Positions 1 to 14,100 of a stretch of 58,040 nucleotides of DNA are shown piece by piece; the first letter of the stretch is position 1; each line of letters begins with the position of its first letter. Below the pieces are notes generated by a model. That model was not told the origin of the DNA. It made no database searches and worked only from the letters and a program-made list of their open reading frames with translations. The position numbers and the translations under genes were made by a program. This DNA is from Nemertoderma westbladi (lineage: Eukaryota; Animalia; Xenacoelomorpha), in assembly GCA_032718475.1 (NCBI GenBank), contig JAUCBJ010003023.1, forward strand, positions 1 to 58,040, given 5' to 3'.

Positions 1-14
1 TTTGAATTTGAATT

Positions 15-370
15 TTGAGTGATTCAGCCTTAACCTTGGTGGTTGGTTGGCTTTTCCACCCAGTAAGCAAGTTGATCGATTTCCATGCATGGGATGATTG
101 CCTGCTGTCGTCAGCATCATTGATGGCATCAACCTGTTGGTTTATTAGTTCCTGTAGATTAACAGAGTACTGCCTGTTCAGGGACCTAGATGCAGCCTTA
201 ACTGCATTCTTGGCTGCTGTAGTTTGTTTGAGTCGGGACTCTTTCTGCGCCTTATAGAGGTCATTTCGGCACTTATGAATTTTGTTGTCAGTCCAGGGGG
301 CCCTTTTCCTGTTTCGAGGGTATACAGTAACTGTTTTTGCAGCTTCTAACTTAACTGCTTCTACGGCAGT
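15..370 (-). mobile_element. RTE-clade LINE fragment
   Basis: 15-250 is a near-identical reverse complement of about 16335-16570. Confidence 0.85.
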
Positions 371-689
371 AAACTTCGGCATGTTTACTTGTTGAAAAAT
401 AGGAACATAAGATACAAATTTCTCATCGCATGTTAAAATAATATCTAGAACATTTTCATCATGGGAAGGTTTGCATTGAAGCTGAGTGAAAGCATTTTGA
501 AATAAAAAAAAGTTGAGAAAATACTGCAGGGTGGACGATCAGGGTGAGAAAATTGTATCCAGTCGAATTGTGGAAAATTTGTCACCTGAAACAAGACGAT
601 GAAAATCAACATCACATAGTTCTGATAAGCCCTTATAAAGCTGCGAGCTGTGATCATATATGTCTGGGCGAGATGGTGGTCTATAATAA

Positions 690-867
690 CAAGAGACAAA
701 CCGAGATTTGAATCTTCCTAGCAGGTCAAATGCTGCAACTGTAAACTTTATGATTTTTAGGAAAAAACATAAAATTTCACATTCCCAACTGTGTTTGTTT
801 CCGAGTTATAACAAAAAAAAAGGGGGGGGGGGGGGGTCATATTGACCATCCCCCGGGTTTAATAGGG
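690..867. mobile_element. End of a piggyBac-like non-autonomous element
   Basis: Ends ...cccgggtttaataggg|TTAA; same terminus and subterminal sequence as 51040-51168. Confidence 0.55.
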
Positions 868-3143
868 TTAACGTTTAATTTTTTAACTTTATTTATATTT
901 ACTTAATTTATATTTACTTCATTTATATTACTTCAATTAATTTGATTTGTTTATTTAGGAAGATGCGGTTTCATTTTAATAATTTCAACCAAGTGTTTTT
1001 GGTTAGTTTCCCTAAGTCCGTCAAAGAATGTAAGAAAGTTTTTGTAGGGACGTTTCTTAAGGAATTCAATAAGTTCATTGTTCTGTGTAAAAGTATCTGG
1101 ATGAGATATAATTATTTCTCTCTCAGTTCAAGTTTAAGATGTCAATATTTAAATTCCAGAGACGAATTAGAAATTGCTGTTTATTCATGAGGATGTAGGT
1201 TTGGACAGTTTCTCAATGAATGTTAGGAATAGATGGATTCGCATCCCATTGGGTGGGTTATGTCTGTGGCTGAAGTGCAACAGAAGTTGCATAAAGATAA
1301 GGCATGAAAAGTTCAGACTTTGATTGATCATGTAGTTGCTCGGTCACGTTTTTATTTCTAAATACATATTTGTAATTTCACAAAATTACTCCAAAATAGG
1401 CCTGTAACATAATATTATAATATACAGTAGTTTATTTAATAAACCGGTATAATGTTTAGTATAGGACAAACATATTTTTAGAATTTTACATTAAATTGTC
1501 CCCCCTGGACATAGTGATTTTCTATAAAAGCATATAAAGTGTCCTTGGTTTTATTTCGATTTCTGAAATAATAATAATAATATTGACATGGTGTTTTAAC
1601 TATCAATGGTGTTTTAACCTTTAAACTAAAAATGAAATTGAACAAGGGAATACTCTTTAAAATCATAAAATATATAAAAATTATCTAATCTATATAAATA
1701 ATAAATATCTGATTCACACTTATGGAATCGGAATGCTGCTATGTGAATGTTATGCCGGATTTTAGACAAAATTGCACCGCCACAACCTATCACGAGATAC
1801 TCCACATCTTCAGGACCAGTGCAATTTGTACAACATCTAATAAGCTGGTGTGCCTATTTTGTCCTTGTGTCGGAGGACTTTACGGGTAAAGGGGTCACTG
1901 TCAGATTGGGTAGGCCTTTAAACATCTGGCGGAAAAACCATGAATTACTGTAATAATCGAAATCTGTAAAAATACAATAAAACTAAGACCGTTATTTGAC
2001 ATGGTCTTTGTGGAAAAGACCATTAAATACTGTTTTAGCCTATCTCGCTTCACTTGGAAACTTTTATGGCACTGCGAACACTTCGACCTTGTCACTGCCT
2101 AAAATATAGATGGAAAAATTACAGGCAGAGTCAACTAGTGAACTGTATTCAGCGAGAAGGTATTAAAAAACTAGTAGTTCTTTACCGCCTGTTTCTATAT
2201 TAAATAGGTTAATTCATAAATTACATTAATAAACTAAAGTCCGATTAATTTCTCCCCTAGGGGCATTTTCAGGGCATCACTTCACTAGGCACCAACAACA
2301 TCACTAGAGACTCAAACTGGCATAGGCCTACCGTGGTAAAGAACTCCTAGTTTCTCGCTGACATTCTCGCTGAATACTGTAATTTCGATTTTTAAATAAC
2401 TAGTAAATTGGGCGGGGCAAGGGTGGTAACTAGTGCACTGAATTGTCTATCTTATATACAATCTTTATACTGTTATTTGGCGGTAAAGCCCTGGCTTTGT
2501 CTTGTCATTGGATTGTCATTCTGGAGAGTAAGTGATCTATGGTTAAGATGTGCAAACCACCAGGATTAATTATCACCTCTTGTCATATGATGTTTGACAG
2601 CGTCATGTTTCCCATTGGCTCTGTATCACTTTGAGTAACCTCTTGTTGAGAGTTCAAGGTGATTCACTCTCTGTAGCTGATGGTGGCAAGATTGTCCCTC
2701 TGCGGCCCCAAAACTCGAATAAAGCCAGTGTCAGTTAAGAGGAATGTCATGAGCTATGTCTACCGGACGACTTGATTTTCTCTATGAGATGTTACTGACT
2801 GGTCCTCACAGCAAGGCAATAATACCCAGTACTATGATTCTAGGTGGCTCAGTACTTGTATATGTATACGCCATTCAGAGATTTGGTGTCCTTATCAGTC
2901 AGAGCCCAGCAGGTCTCACATTCACATATATGAATATAATTTCTAATATTTTTTCCCTCCCATATTCTGGACAGTGAAGAGTGCACGCTGTACTGCCCAT
3001 ACCTTTCTATTTCCTATTTGAAGGAGTTCTCACCATTTTTTTAGTCTCGCACTGCATGTTCAGTGCGCGGCATCAGTCAAGCTGGCATTTATTTAATTGG
3101 TTCATAGATATGAGACATTAATAAAAACGAGACTGAAATAAAA

Positions 3144-4050
3144 TTAAGAACAAGCATATCTAAAAATGGACTGTTGTGTCCCACAATTTAAAATACGGTC
3201 ATGCTTCACTTTAAAAGGTACATTTCTGAGTTCGTATGTGAGTCTTACAAAGTTTGCATTGCACAGATCCTCTGGAAGTGGATCGCCTGCAGCTAAACGA
3301 CTGATTAGGGATTTATAGTCATAGTCAAAGTTCAAAAGAGAAGATAACGAGGGTAGCAAACATTTACCAATTCGTGCTCTTAATGAGCTCCCCAATCCGC
3401 AGTACTGCCTTGATGGTGCGTTCTGTTGCAGTGCTGATCGTAACACTGTTTGTAGGCATATGTTGGGACATTTCTTTGCCCTAAACAGAAGTCCTAGAGA
3501 AGCTCTAGCTACCATTACTGATAGTGGCATAGAATCCATTAACTCTTACATGAGCGAGTTATTCGCATATCTTCCCAAGCATAACAGATTTCTCAAAATT
3601 TGATGGTGTTGCGCATCTATCTTGTCAATTGATGTTGTTGACAGAGAACCCAAATGGAATCTAAGGCCATACATAATTTTTCGTTCAGCAATGGTTTTCC
3701 ACAGTTTGGAAACAGTATTTATTTGGTACCATCTTGCTGTCCAACATTTCTTATAGAACAGACTTACTACAAACGCAAGTTCCTGATGGATATCAATAAT
3801 TATTTCCTTATCAGTACCGGTAGCAAAGAGTTTTAAACCAAGAAAGGTGATCTGATTCTTGCTTTGAAGTATATGTCCCAAAATATTGATATTTTGAGGG
3901 CAATCGGATGATTTTATCCCATTCGGTTTGCAGACCATCCATTCTGTTTTTGTTTCCTCTATGCCAAGCCCCACCTTGTTCACTTCATCGTTTAAAATGC
4001 TTGTTATAACTTGTAAATCCTTCAGAGATGTGCATATAACTAAAAGAGAT
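3144..4050 (-). mobile_element. Degenerate non-LTR retrotransposon reverse transcriptase C-terminal fragment
   Basis: ORF 3546-3983 has VGL.I...KT..M, ITFLG and YG motifs typical of RT end/thumb; broken frames. Confidence 0.7.
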
Positions 4051-4287
4051 CAATGATCAATGACATAGATCAATGAGTCCAAGTCATACTTGGACCTTAT
4101 GCTCATATGATCAGACATTTTCTCATGACTGTCGATGTGAATTGTTAAAATGTTGGTCTTCTTGGCATTAACAAAAATACCAACACTAGAAGCGGCCTGT
4201 TCTAATTGAGTTAGGTGAATTAGTGAATCTGAGAGTACTCCTAAGTCACCAGCAAACTATAGCTAGATTAGAAACGTAGTTGGAATC

Positions 4288-4650
4288 TTAGAGACGATAG
4301 ACGGAATCGTAGACAGAAACCATTGTCGGAGAGATTGTAGATACCTCCGTGGCCGAGGCCATGTTGCCGATCATGATGGCTATGAAGATGCATTGGAGGA
4401 GGAACTTGTGGGATCTCGGCTCCTGAGTGACTGCTATGCGGTGGTTGCCCACCTCCTTGAGGATCACTGCAGTCTCAGGGCTGGGTCGACCGAGGGTCTG
4501 GGTCTCGAAGGCTACCGGGTGGAATAGGGAGCCTTGGTCAACTAGTTCCTCATACTCTGCGATCTTCGTATTCTCTCCCTCCTCGACAACACGGCCGCTG
4601 CACTCGCAGTGAGATGACTGGGAGCGTGGGGGTCGATGACGGTCACATCC
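4288..4650 (-). mobile_element. Restriction-like endonuclease C-terminus of a CRE/R2-group non-LTR element (fragment)
   Basis: E..K...Y......FHPVAFET.LG...FLLQ.I.IAI..GN motif; GC-rich island. Confidence 0.7.
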
Positions 4651-4981
4651 CATGTCAGCAAAATTTAAAAAAATTGAAATGTAAAATAAAATTTGTACAC
4701 CCAGCCCTTATTATTTTTTACATTACTCACTTGGAAGATATATTCCAACTATATCAATATGCGATCAATCGCCACCCATCTACCCCACCCACCACAAAGA
4801 ATAACGATACTTCCAATAGGCCAGGATGCCCTTACATCCTTTTACCATACAATATCACATAAATTTGGCGTTTTTTATTAACGTAAGAATACAATGTAAA
4901 CATTAAAACTCAATAGCACTTACATCTAAATAAATGATGATATTTGGTGATTATAATGTATTATATTTAGTAAATATATAA

Positions 4982-5165
4982 CTAGACGTAGCGATGCCTC
5001 GGATAGTATATATTTGCATCGTTATTAATATTATGTGGCGAGCTACCCGTACCATGTATCTGCATTACTCTGGACGGGCTCTCTTGGACATGAGCGACAG
5101 TTACATCTTCCCTTTTCCGATCGACAATGGACATCCGCTTCTTATTGAATATATCATTATCATCT
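4982..5165 (-). CDS. Probable iGluR terminal exon 17 (cytoplasmic tail [10 protein letters not shown]...YYPRHRYV*)
   Basis: acgcag acceptor in phase 2 matching the exon 16 donor; hydrophilic ORF to TAG; AATAAA on the minus strand at about 4874-4879. Confidence 0.65.
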
Positions 5166-8100
5166 CTGCGTAATAAATAATTATTATACAATTAGCTGAG
5201 CAATATTAGTCACATACTAGTAAAATGTTTATTGACAATATTAATTATCTATGTACCGTAAGTGAAATGGTTGTAACCGAAATGCACAAACGATAATGGC
5301 ATTAAAATTAATTGAATTGGACTTCAGTTGATAATGTAACTAACTGTAATTAATACAGAAAATATTGTTATCGTTTTGTCCAGTAGTGCCATATGCCATC
5401 AAATTTTCGGGCTAGATTATGGTGCAACATGATGATTCCGTGTTGAAGGTTACAAAAAGTCAAAGGTTACAATGGGACAAAGGTTACAAACTTGCTCTTT
5501 CGAAAAGGGCACGTCAAATGTTACAAAATACCGAGTCAATGGCTACAATTTGCAAGTCACAGGTTTTCCCATTCAATTACATTACTCCAAGTTTTGCAAC
5601 AATAATTTGTTGATAATGCCAGGTCAAAGGTTACAAATTGCGAGTAAATTTAAATATTAATTATAGGATAGTAATATTTCCAATAACTCCATTGCATTGG
5701 GTCTGGGGAAGAGTGCAATTGGGGGGCATGGGTGGTTGAATACTGGTTCATTCAAAAATTAGAATTACAGTGCATCATTACGTTCTTCGTAATTTAAGTA
5801 AAAAAAAACAACTTTTAAATGATAATATACACTTAACTTAACTTAACTATAGATTGTAATAATATCTCTAATAATTATATATTGTCTCTATAATATATAT
5901 ATTATATGTCTATCTAATACGTCTATTATAAAATGTCTCTAATCGTTTAAGTTTTGACCAAGAAGTACAATTTCACTTATGGTAGTTATGTATTGTATGA
6001 TGCCAGTATAATATACTCCACAGGGTGAGTACAAAACAAAATACCAAAGTCCCAAATAATACTAAAGATATATATAATATTGTTGGCATAATATTGTAAA
6101 TGTGTTAACCTTCGTTTATTGTTTTGGTTCCTTCAACACTCTTTAACCTGCTCCTTTACTAACCTGCTCCTTTAAATGACAATGAGACATAACGCACTTT
6201 GGGACCTAATGCGACTTTACCTCTTTGTTTTGTGCATATTGGGCTGTAAAGACTTTGGTCTTTGTTTTGTACTCATCCCACTCCCACAGCCTGCTGCCAC
6301 TATTGATAGAACCATGCCTTTTCTAGCTGTAACTGCTGGTTTCTATGACGAATGTTAGCTGGTTGCGCCTTAGAAATAGCATTGGGATCTTGAAGCAATG
6401 CCTGAATACGCTGTTGATTCGAATGCTGAGCTATCCTAATAAACGAGATGAACTCCGATAAGGTTGGGTGTTGACGGCTCAGCTTCGAGTCTAGGCTGTC
6501 GTTCCTTCAACCATGTTCGTGGTGCGAGGAATAGCCCCCAAGAAATTATATATTGCTTGATTATCCAACCAGAAATTGGGAAAGCATTCCACAAACTGGG
6601 TTACCCAGTTCAGTAACCTGTACTGTTTGTTACCTGTTAACCTCCGCTTACGTGGGAGCTTATTTTGACGTGTGTGATTTTGTTACCTTTGACTTGTCAA
6701 TTTCTTTTATGTATTTGAATGGTGTAACCTTTGACTCACTAATTGTTACCATTGACTCGGTATTTTGTAACCTTTGACGGGCCATTTTCGAAAAAGCAAT
6801 TTTGTAACCTTTGTCCCATTGTAACCTTTGACTCATTGTAACCTTTGACTTTCAGTGCAACATGATCGGTGCAACATGGGTTGAGGTTTTGGTAATTGGT
6901 TAATACTTTTGTGTGACATTCTCATTATGTTGGTATTTAACAATGGGCAACTGGCAGAAATGGATTTTTGAAATTATAAAAAGTAATTAAATTAGTAAAT
7001 ATATAGATTGATCTTGATCATCAGTAAATACAGAAATATAATATTTACTTGTCAGGAACACTCAGATATTTATGCCAAATAATTTCCACAAATGCGGCGA
7101 AGAAAGCCAGACCACTGCCCATTAGGAGAATGTAAAATACCCCAGCAACATTGTGTATCCTTATACCGGTAGCTGCTCGTGATCCACCATCAGCCTCATC
7201 TCGACATTCAGACTCTTGTTCGAACCAGCGCTGCCGAATCTTCTCTAATTCCCCACTCTCTTGCAGCCGCAATATGCTGCAAATGATGATGAAACAATAT
7301 TAATTAATAATAATAATAGTCTATAAGCTGATATATGGCAAATGTTTACAAATGCAAAGGCAAATGATTAATTATCGGTAGCAGTTCTTTCTGATAGTTT
7401 GTGGTAGTCTGTTTATAGATGAGGTCGTGTAATAGTCTGTGGAGGTCAATAACAAGAGTAGGGGGAGTAGGGGGTTGCTGCAGGCCTTGTTAATATGATA
7501 TTGAGATAACATAGTACAAAGTACATAATTACAACTAGCTCAGCAATAAATAAAAAGAAATATATATACGATTATTGAAAATAAAACGATATGAATTAGA
7601 GTTGAATTAAAATGAACTAACTTGGAGAAAAATTACAATAATTATTTTAATTAATTAAAAAATATATTCATCCATATTAAAGACCACATTGGTACGTTTA
7701 ATAGTGAAATTATTTCTTAGATATATCTCACCTCAGTGTGATTTCTTCTCGAATATCTGAACCTTTTTGAACAGCGAACGAGTACTCTTTCTGATTGAAT
7801 GGCTGGCCAACGATCATTAGCTCGCACTCCTTGTCCATCTTCTTTTGATATTGGAGGACTGGATAGTCCCACATAAACGCGTAATCTTGCTGAAAAAGCA
7901 AAAACCACTCCATAAGAGTACGGACTACAATTAGGTTTTAGGTTATATATCACAGTATAATATAATCTGGTTGTAGTTGATTTTTAATTATTCGGAGGGC
8001 TTAAGAGGGAAAGTACAAAACAATTGAACATGTTCTCCTCTTTTTATATTATCTTGAGGGTCGCAGCAAACTCGCCCGCGTCCAATCTTCGCCCGGAGCA

Positions 8101-11100
8101 ATCGTTGCCCTCAAATGTGAGCAACTATCGCCTGGCAGAATCCTTCGCCCGCGAGCAACCTTCGCCCCATAATCATTTATTGTTTTGGTTAGAATAAGCC
8201 GTCTCTGTAACCTCCTCCTTCCCTTAATTAGTAACACCATCGTTTATTTTTTTGGTTAGAAAAAGCCGTCTCTGTATCCTGCTCCTTTCCCTCAATTTGT
8301 TACTAATATGGTTACTAACACAAATCTTATTGAGCGAAGGTTGCTCGCGGGCGAAGATTGCCTTGCTGGCGAAGGTTTCCCCCAGGCGCAGGTTGTACGC
8401 GGGCAAAGATTGGACGAGGGCAAAGGTTGCACCCGCCCATCATGAATCTTATAATATGAATTACCTTCTTAACACGTGCGTACCCGTCCTTATCGGCAGA
8501 AACCATTGGACTAGGTGTGGTAGTCGACATATGTGACCACAGATTTTCATACAAAGTGTCAACTTTTGCCTGCTCCTTAAAAAACACTTCCAAGCTTGTA
8601 TCTTTTATTGTCCCTGTAATATGTACAAATAAAATTTATCCTTTTATCCTAATTTAATTAAACTTTAAGGTTTAACATTCCAAACATTCTATGAGTAATG
8701 AAATATTTAAACCTCGCTTGCACTAATCGAGATAGGTAACTTACCATATTTTATTTTAGACTGGTCACTAAGTTTTTGTAGGTTGTCAATAGGATTTACC
8801 ATTCTGGTAACGGTCAGGAATGCTGCCAAGTTTGCAGTGTATGTAGCGATAACAATTAAGGTGAAGAACCACCAGAATGCTCCTAATATTCGACCTGATA
8901 TCGATTTGGGAGTGTGATCACCTCCTATGCGTGAAAAATATATTATAGTAATTGATCACCAATCTTATACGAAAAAATTGGGAAACGAAGTACTTCTAGG
9001 TCCCCCCTATAAAACATTTGAACGGCCCAGTGTTTAAAATTCAATCAGCTGGCCTCCCACCTAACATAGCAGCGAGTAACCTATATTATTCCCATAGGAT
9101 TCAATGGGAAGAGTTATCAGCTGACGGGGTAATACAAACCTATAAAACATTTGAATGACCCAGTGTTTAAAACAATTTTTTTTAATTAAATAGATATTCA
9201 AACAAATTAGGAAAATACATATCATCCGTAAATTAACATTTAAAGGAGAAATAGCTAAATTTATTACATTACGTAAAAATATATAGGCCTAACTAGTAGA
9301 GAAGAATACTTAACTGAATATAATACATAAGTTTAAAGAGATAAAAAGTAGTAGCACAAAAATACTGGGTATTAATACGTTAGTCGCTTCGCAGTCAGCT
9401 GTTGGGTTGATGGAAGTCCTGCGCCATCTTCAAGCCCAAGTCCACTTCGCCACTTAACTCTTGAGCCTCGTATGGCCTGGGAAGCTCGACGAAGGATGCG
9501 TATTGGATCCGCCGGCGGACCCACCCCATTACGTTGCTGTAGGGGCGCTGCCAGGAGCGATGGAGCTGGTGCGCGGTGATGCGTAGGATCTTATCCGCCT
9601 GGGGGGCAAGGACTCCGTAACAGGACACAACAAACGGTGCAAAATCCGCCCAGAGTTTAAAATGCAATCAGCTGACCTCCCTCCTAACATAGCAGCGAGT
9701 AACCTTATAGATATTGTCATAGGATTCACTGGGAAGAGGATGGGGTAATACATTTCAACTTTTGTGAAATAAAAAAAAAGAAACTTTAATAACTTTAACT
9801 TGAAACGATTGATATAACTTTCATTGACGGACGAGCTATAGCTTGGGAGGAGTTTACATGATATACATACATAGATACATACAGAATACTTTTATAGTAA
9901 TAAGCCCTAACTGGTCTTCTAATTACATTAAATGAATGTAGAGTAACTTTTTATGAATAGTTATATGATGGACGCAATCAATTAATTACTGCACATTAAG
10001 ATTAAATTGACATAAAAAGACATAAAATTATAAATTTATTATTAGCTAAGGTGTATCATATATATTAAATAAATTTAAGGTCATTATCGGATATGAGAAG
10101 CAGAAGAACGATGGAGTAGTCAAACATATCGACCGAGGCTGACCCATCGATTGTAATAAAGATGAGATTCTCGTGGAGATCTACTTGTTCTAAAAGAGGG
10201 GATCTAATTGGGGATTAAATCCAAAGCGAAATGATCTTCAGAGGACCGAGTGAGACCCAAAACTTTAGATGGAGTCTGAGGGGACTCGGGTTGGCAATAT
10301 TGTGACTGGCGTATTATTGGCAGCTGTCAGAGACACCATTAAAGACCGCATAGACACCAATATTAAGATGCGTCTGCAGACGCTATTAGACAGAGTATAA
10401 ACCGGGTTTAAGAGCAAATAAACGAAATTATACTCTGCATTATTTACTCTAATTTATTGTTTTGGTCAGACTGTCACTGTATTTTCCATACCTTAAGTTA
10501 TTAATCTATTTATACTAAGTCGTGAAGTTCTTTTGATTTTTTTGAAACATTTACACAATAGTGTCGTGACCTTATACTATACGTAATAGAACCCCCATCA
10601 GCCTAAACTTTGGTATGCATGGCTCGCCCCTTTTATTGGACTGTCAGACTGTATGTTAGTACAGTACACCACGGCCTATAAGAAGCTGTGGCCCCATACC
10701 TACCTATACTGTACTCATGTAGGCCTATGATATATATATGTTTACTTGCTTATATGATTGGTATTAACGATAACATTATTGGATGAATTATATTACATTT
10801 ACACGGTGATGGAGCATCATTCTTTCGTCCATAACAAATAAACAATATAACATCGTATTCCAACTCGGTTTTGATCGTCTATAAAGGGGATACTTTCCTA
10901 CATTGTCGGATCTTCGAGCAGGACCTGATCAGATTTTCATACATTTCATTGCAAACCTAAAAGCTCACCTTGCTGCATGAGAGATGCGAGCGCAAACCTA
11001 ATAACTCACCTTGCTGCATGAGAGAGGCGAATGCAAACCTAAAAGCTCACCTTGCTGCATGAGAGATGCGAGCGCAAACCTAATAACTCACCTTGCTGCA

Positions 11101-14100
11101 TGAGAGAGACGAGTGCAAACCTAAAAGCTCACCTTGCTGCATGAGAGATGCGAGCGCAAACCTAATAACTCACCTTGCTGCATGAGAGAGGCGAGTGCAA
11201 ACCTAAAAGCTCACCTTGCTGCATGAGAGAGGCGAGCGCAAACCTAATAACTCACCTTGCTGCATGAGAGAGGCGAGTGCAAACCTAATAACTCACCTTG
11301 TTGCATGAGAGATGCGAGCGCAAACTTAATAGCTCACCCTGCATGAGAGATGCGAGTGCAAACTTAGTAACTCACCTTGCTGCATGAGAGATGCGAGCGC
11401 AAACCTAATAACTCACCTTGCTGCATGAGAGATTCGAATGCAAACTTAATAGCTCACCCTGCATGAGAGAGGCGAGTGCAAACCTAATAACTCACCTTGC
11501 TGCATGAGAGATGCGAGTGCAAACCTAATAACTCACCTTGCTGCATGAGAGATGCGAGCGCAAACCTAATAACTCACCTTGCTGCATGAGAGATGCGAGT
11601 GCAAACCTAATAACTCACCTTGCTGCATAACAGATGCGAGTGCAAACTTAGTAACTCACCTTGCTGCATGAGAGATGCGAGCGCAAACCTAATAACTCAC
11701 CTTGCTGCATGAGAGATACGAGCGCAAACCTAATAACTCACCTTGCTGCATGAGAGATGCGAGCGCAAACCACATAGAGTTCTTGAAGCTAAACTCATTG
11801 GAATCGTCCTCCCCTTCATCCTCACGATTCGGATATTTGCTATACGGCGACATTTTCGACACAACGAAAAGCATTAAACCAATAGCAAAAGTTGCAACCC
11901 CAATGCACACCCACACCTGGGTGTTTAGTGGTTCTACAAATCCAAATACAGTTACCTGAAATAAAAAGAAGAACGCCATACTACAAATTCGAAATAACCT
12001 TGTGCATCATTAAAACAAGGGATGAAGTGTTAGGCATTCACCAGCGGTAACATAGTGGATAATAAAAAATTAAATGATGATAGTCTAGATGGTTATTTAT
12101 ATTAATAGGATATAAAGTATAATATTATTAAATAGTAAACATTTTAGTTTCCATGGGAAAAACGAAATTCGGCAATCATGGAGAATCACGAAGCCTGAAA
12201 GGACCTCATTCCACTGTCTGAGCTTTCTAGAACCAGTAGTAGTAGCAGAAAATGTACCATTATAACCAGCTAAAGAACCTCAAATCATTCAATTTTTAAT
12301 TATCCACATAATATGCATTATGCCCACGGGGATCATGTCATAGGAAGTTAGAAATTCAAGTTACCATGTTTTAACAACTAAAAATTATCTTTTAATTAAA
12401 TAAACTACCGAATAGTTGTCAGTAAGTGCAATTGTTTCAATTAAATTGTTGATTATACCTGTTCTTCAGGTTTCCGTATTAAAATTCCAACCCCATATCG
12501 CATAAACGAGGCAGTAAAGTCAACAACAGTTTCTCGTTCGTAGTTCCGGATCATACCAGCAACTGCTATGTCCGCTTTCTGTAAGAGAAACAAAACAATA
12601 ATATTTGTGGTTCCAATTATAATAAATAAATGTTTTATCTTGATGCTTACATAAAAATCCTATCTTGGATTTTCGATTTCATCTTTTCATCATTTCATTT
12701 TGGATAAAAATATATCATTGAAATTTAAATTATCGCAAAAGATTTAGACACGAATAACCCGAGAAAACCTAATGGCTCCTCTTGGCTGTTACCTGTATAG
12801 CAATGAGGAAGGAAGCCATACTAACTGATAACATCGAATACTCCCACTATCAAACTAAAATTACAGTATTATGCTTCGAGAGAGGAGAGAGTGTGAAGGG
12901 GGGTGGGGGCTTTACGCAAATCCAATCTCAGCGAATTAATATTTCACCTCAATGTTTAATTATCATCAATTAAGGGAAATGAGGAGGTAATAAGTGGCAT
13001 GTTATTCTAACCAAAACAATAAACTAAAGTCAATAGATTGAATATATTATATTTTCATGTAACATTCCCCCCCCCCCCCCCCCCCCCTCCCATATCTGTA
13101 AACATCCACTTTCATTGGGTATATTACGCAGGTATATGCCCAATATGCCAAATTTACTGGTCGATTACAATAAATAAATATACATAAAATATATATAACA
13201 CAAAAATTATAAAGTAAAACAAGAAGTAATAAACACAGAAAAGTTAAGCATGCAGCATCATATCAGATTAGTATGCATTATAAACAAATAGATATTATAG
13301 CAGAGCATGCAACAAACAATTAAAATCGCAATCATATAATGCATAGTTAGCGAATCATTTTATCCAGCTTTTAGTAGAACATTAGTTGACTCCTGCAGTC
13401 TCGTGGATTGTTAACTCGTCAACCAAGTTAGTTTTCTGACTATGGTTCGATTCCGATTACAGCAGCTAAAAATATTGTATCTGAAATCTTCTAACATATT
13501 TTATTCAATTAACTTATTTATAATGATTATTTCAACAAAAAACTAAAACTATTTCGATGTTAAAACAAATTTTTGTGTTGAACTTTGAAATAATTTTTAA
13601 ATTATGGATTAAAATCCCGTGACAAGTGTGTAAAGAAATAAATAGCATTGCAGAACTACTTCCTAGGACTTATAGGTTCCCGGTTCATAGGACTTATCCT
13701 CCAAGGATTCCCCACTTGCTCTAATAAGTAGTCCTTTACACAAAATATACCATGATATAGCAGGTATTTTACAAACCAAATCATGACAGTGAATCGTCAA
13801 CAAATAAGTATGTATACTGTATGGTATGGGTTACATTAATGGATTATAACGCAGCAAAATAAAATCAATGTTAATGTTAATGTAATATAGAATTATTTAT
13901 AATATGGTTATGTATAGAACTAGTATTATTATGTGAGGTAATATGTTAGTTTGGTACTAATGGTTTGGTACAGCTGCGTAGCATCCCGTACATGGACTGT
14001 TTGGGAAATTGATGCAGATGTATTTGCGCCATTTTTATCGCCAACTTGAAATAATAATTTAAAAAACTAAATTGTATCTTCGAACCTTATTTGGGAAAAA

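Noticed and set aside
10951-11741. GluA2-style editing complementary sequence for the Q/R site
   Set aside because: The copies are direct repeats, not inverted, so they cannot pair with the exon.
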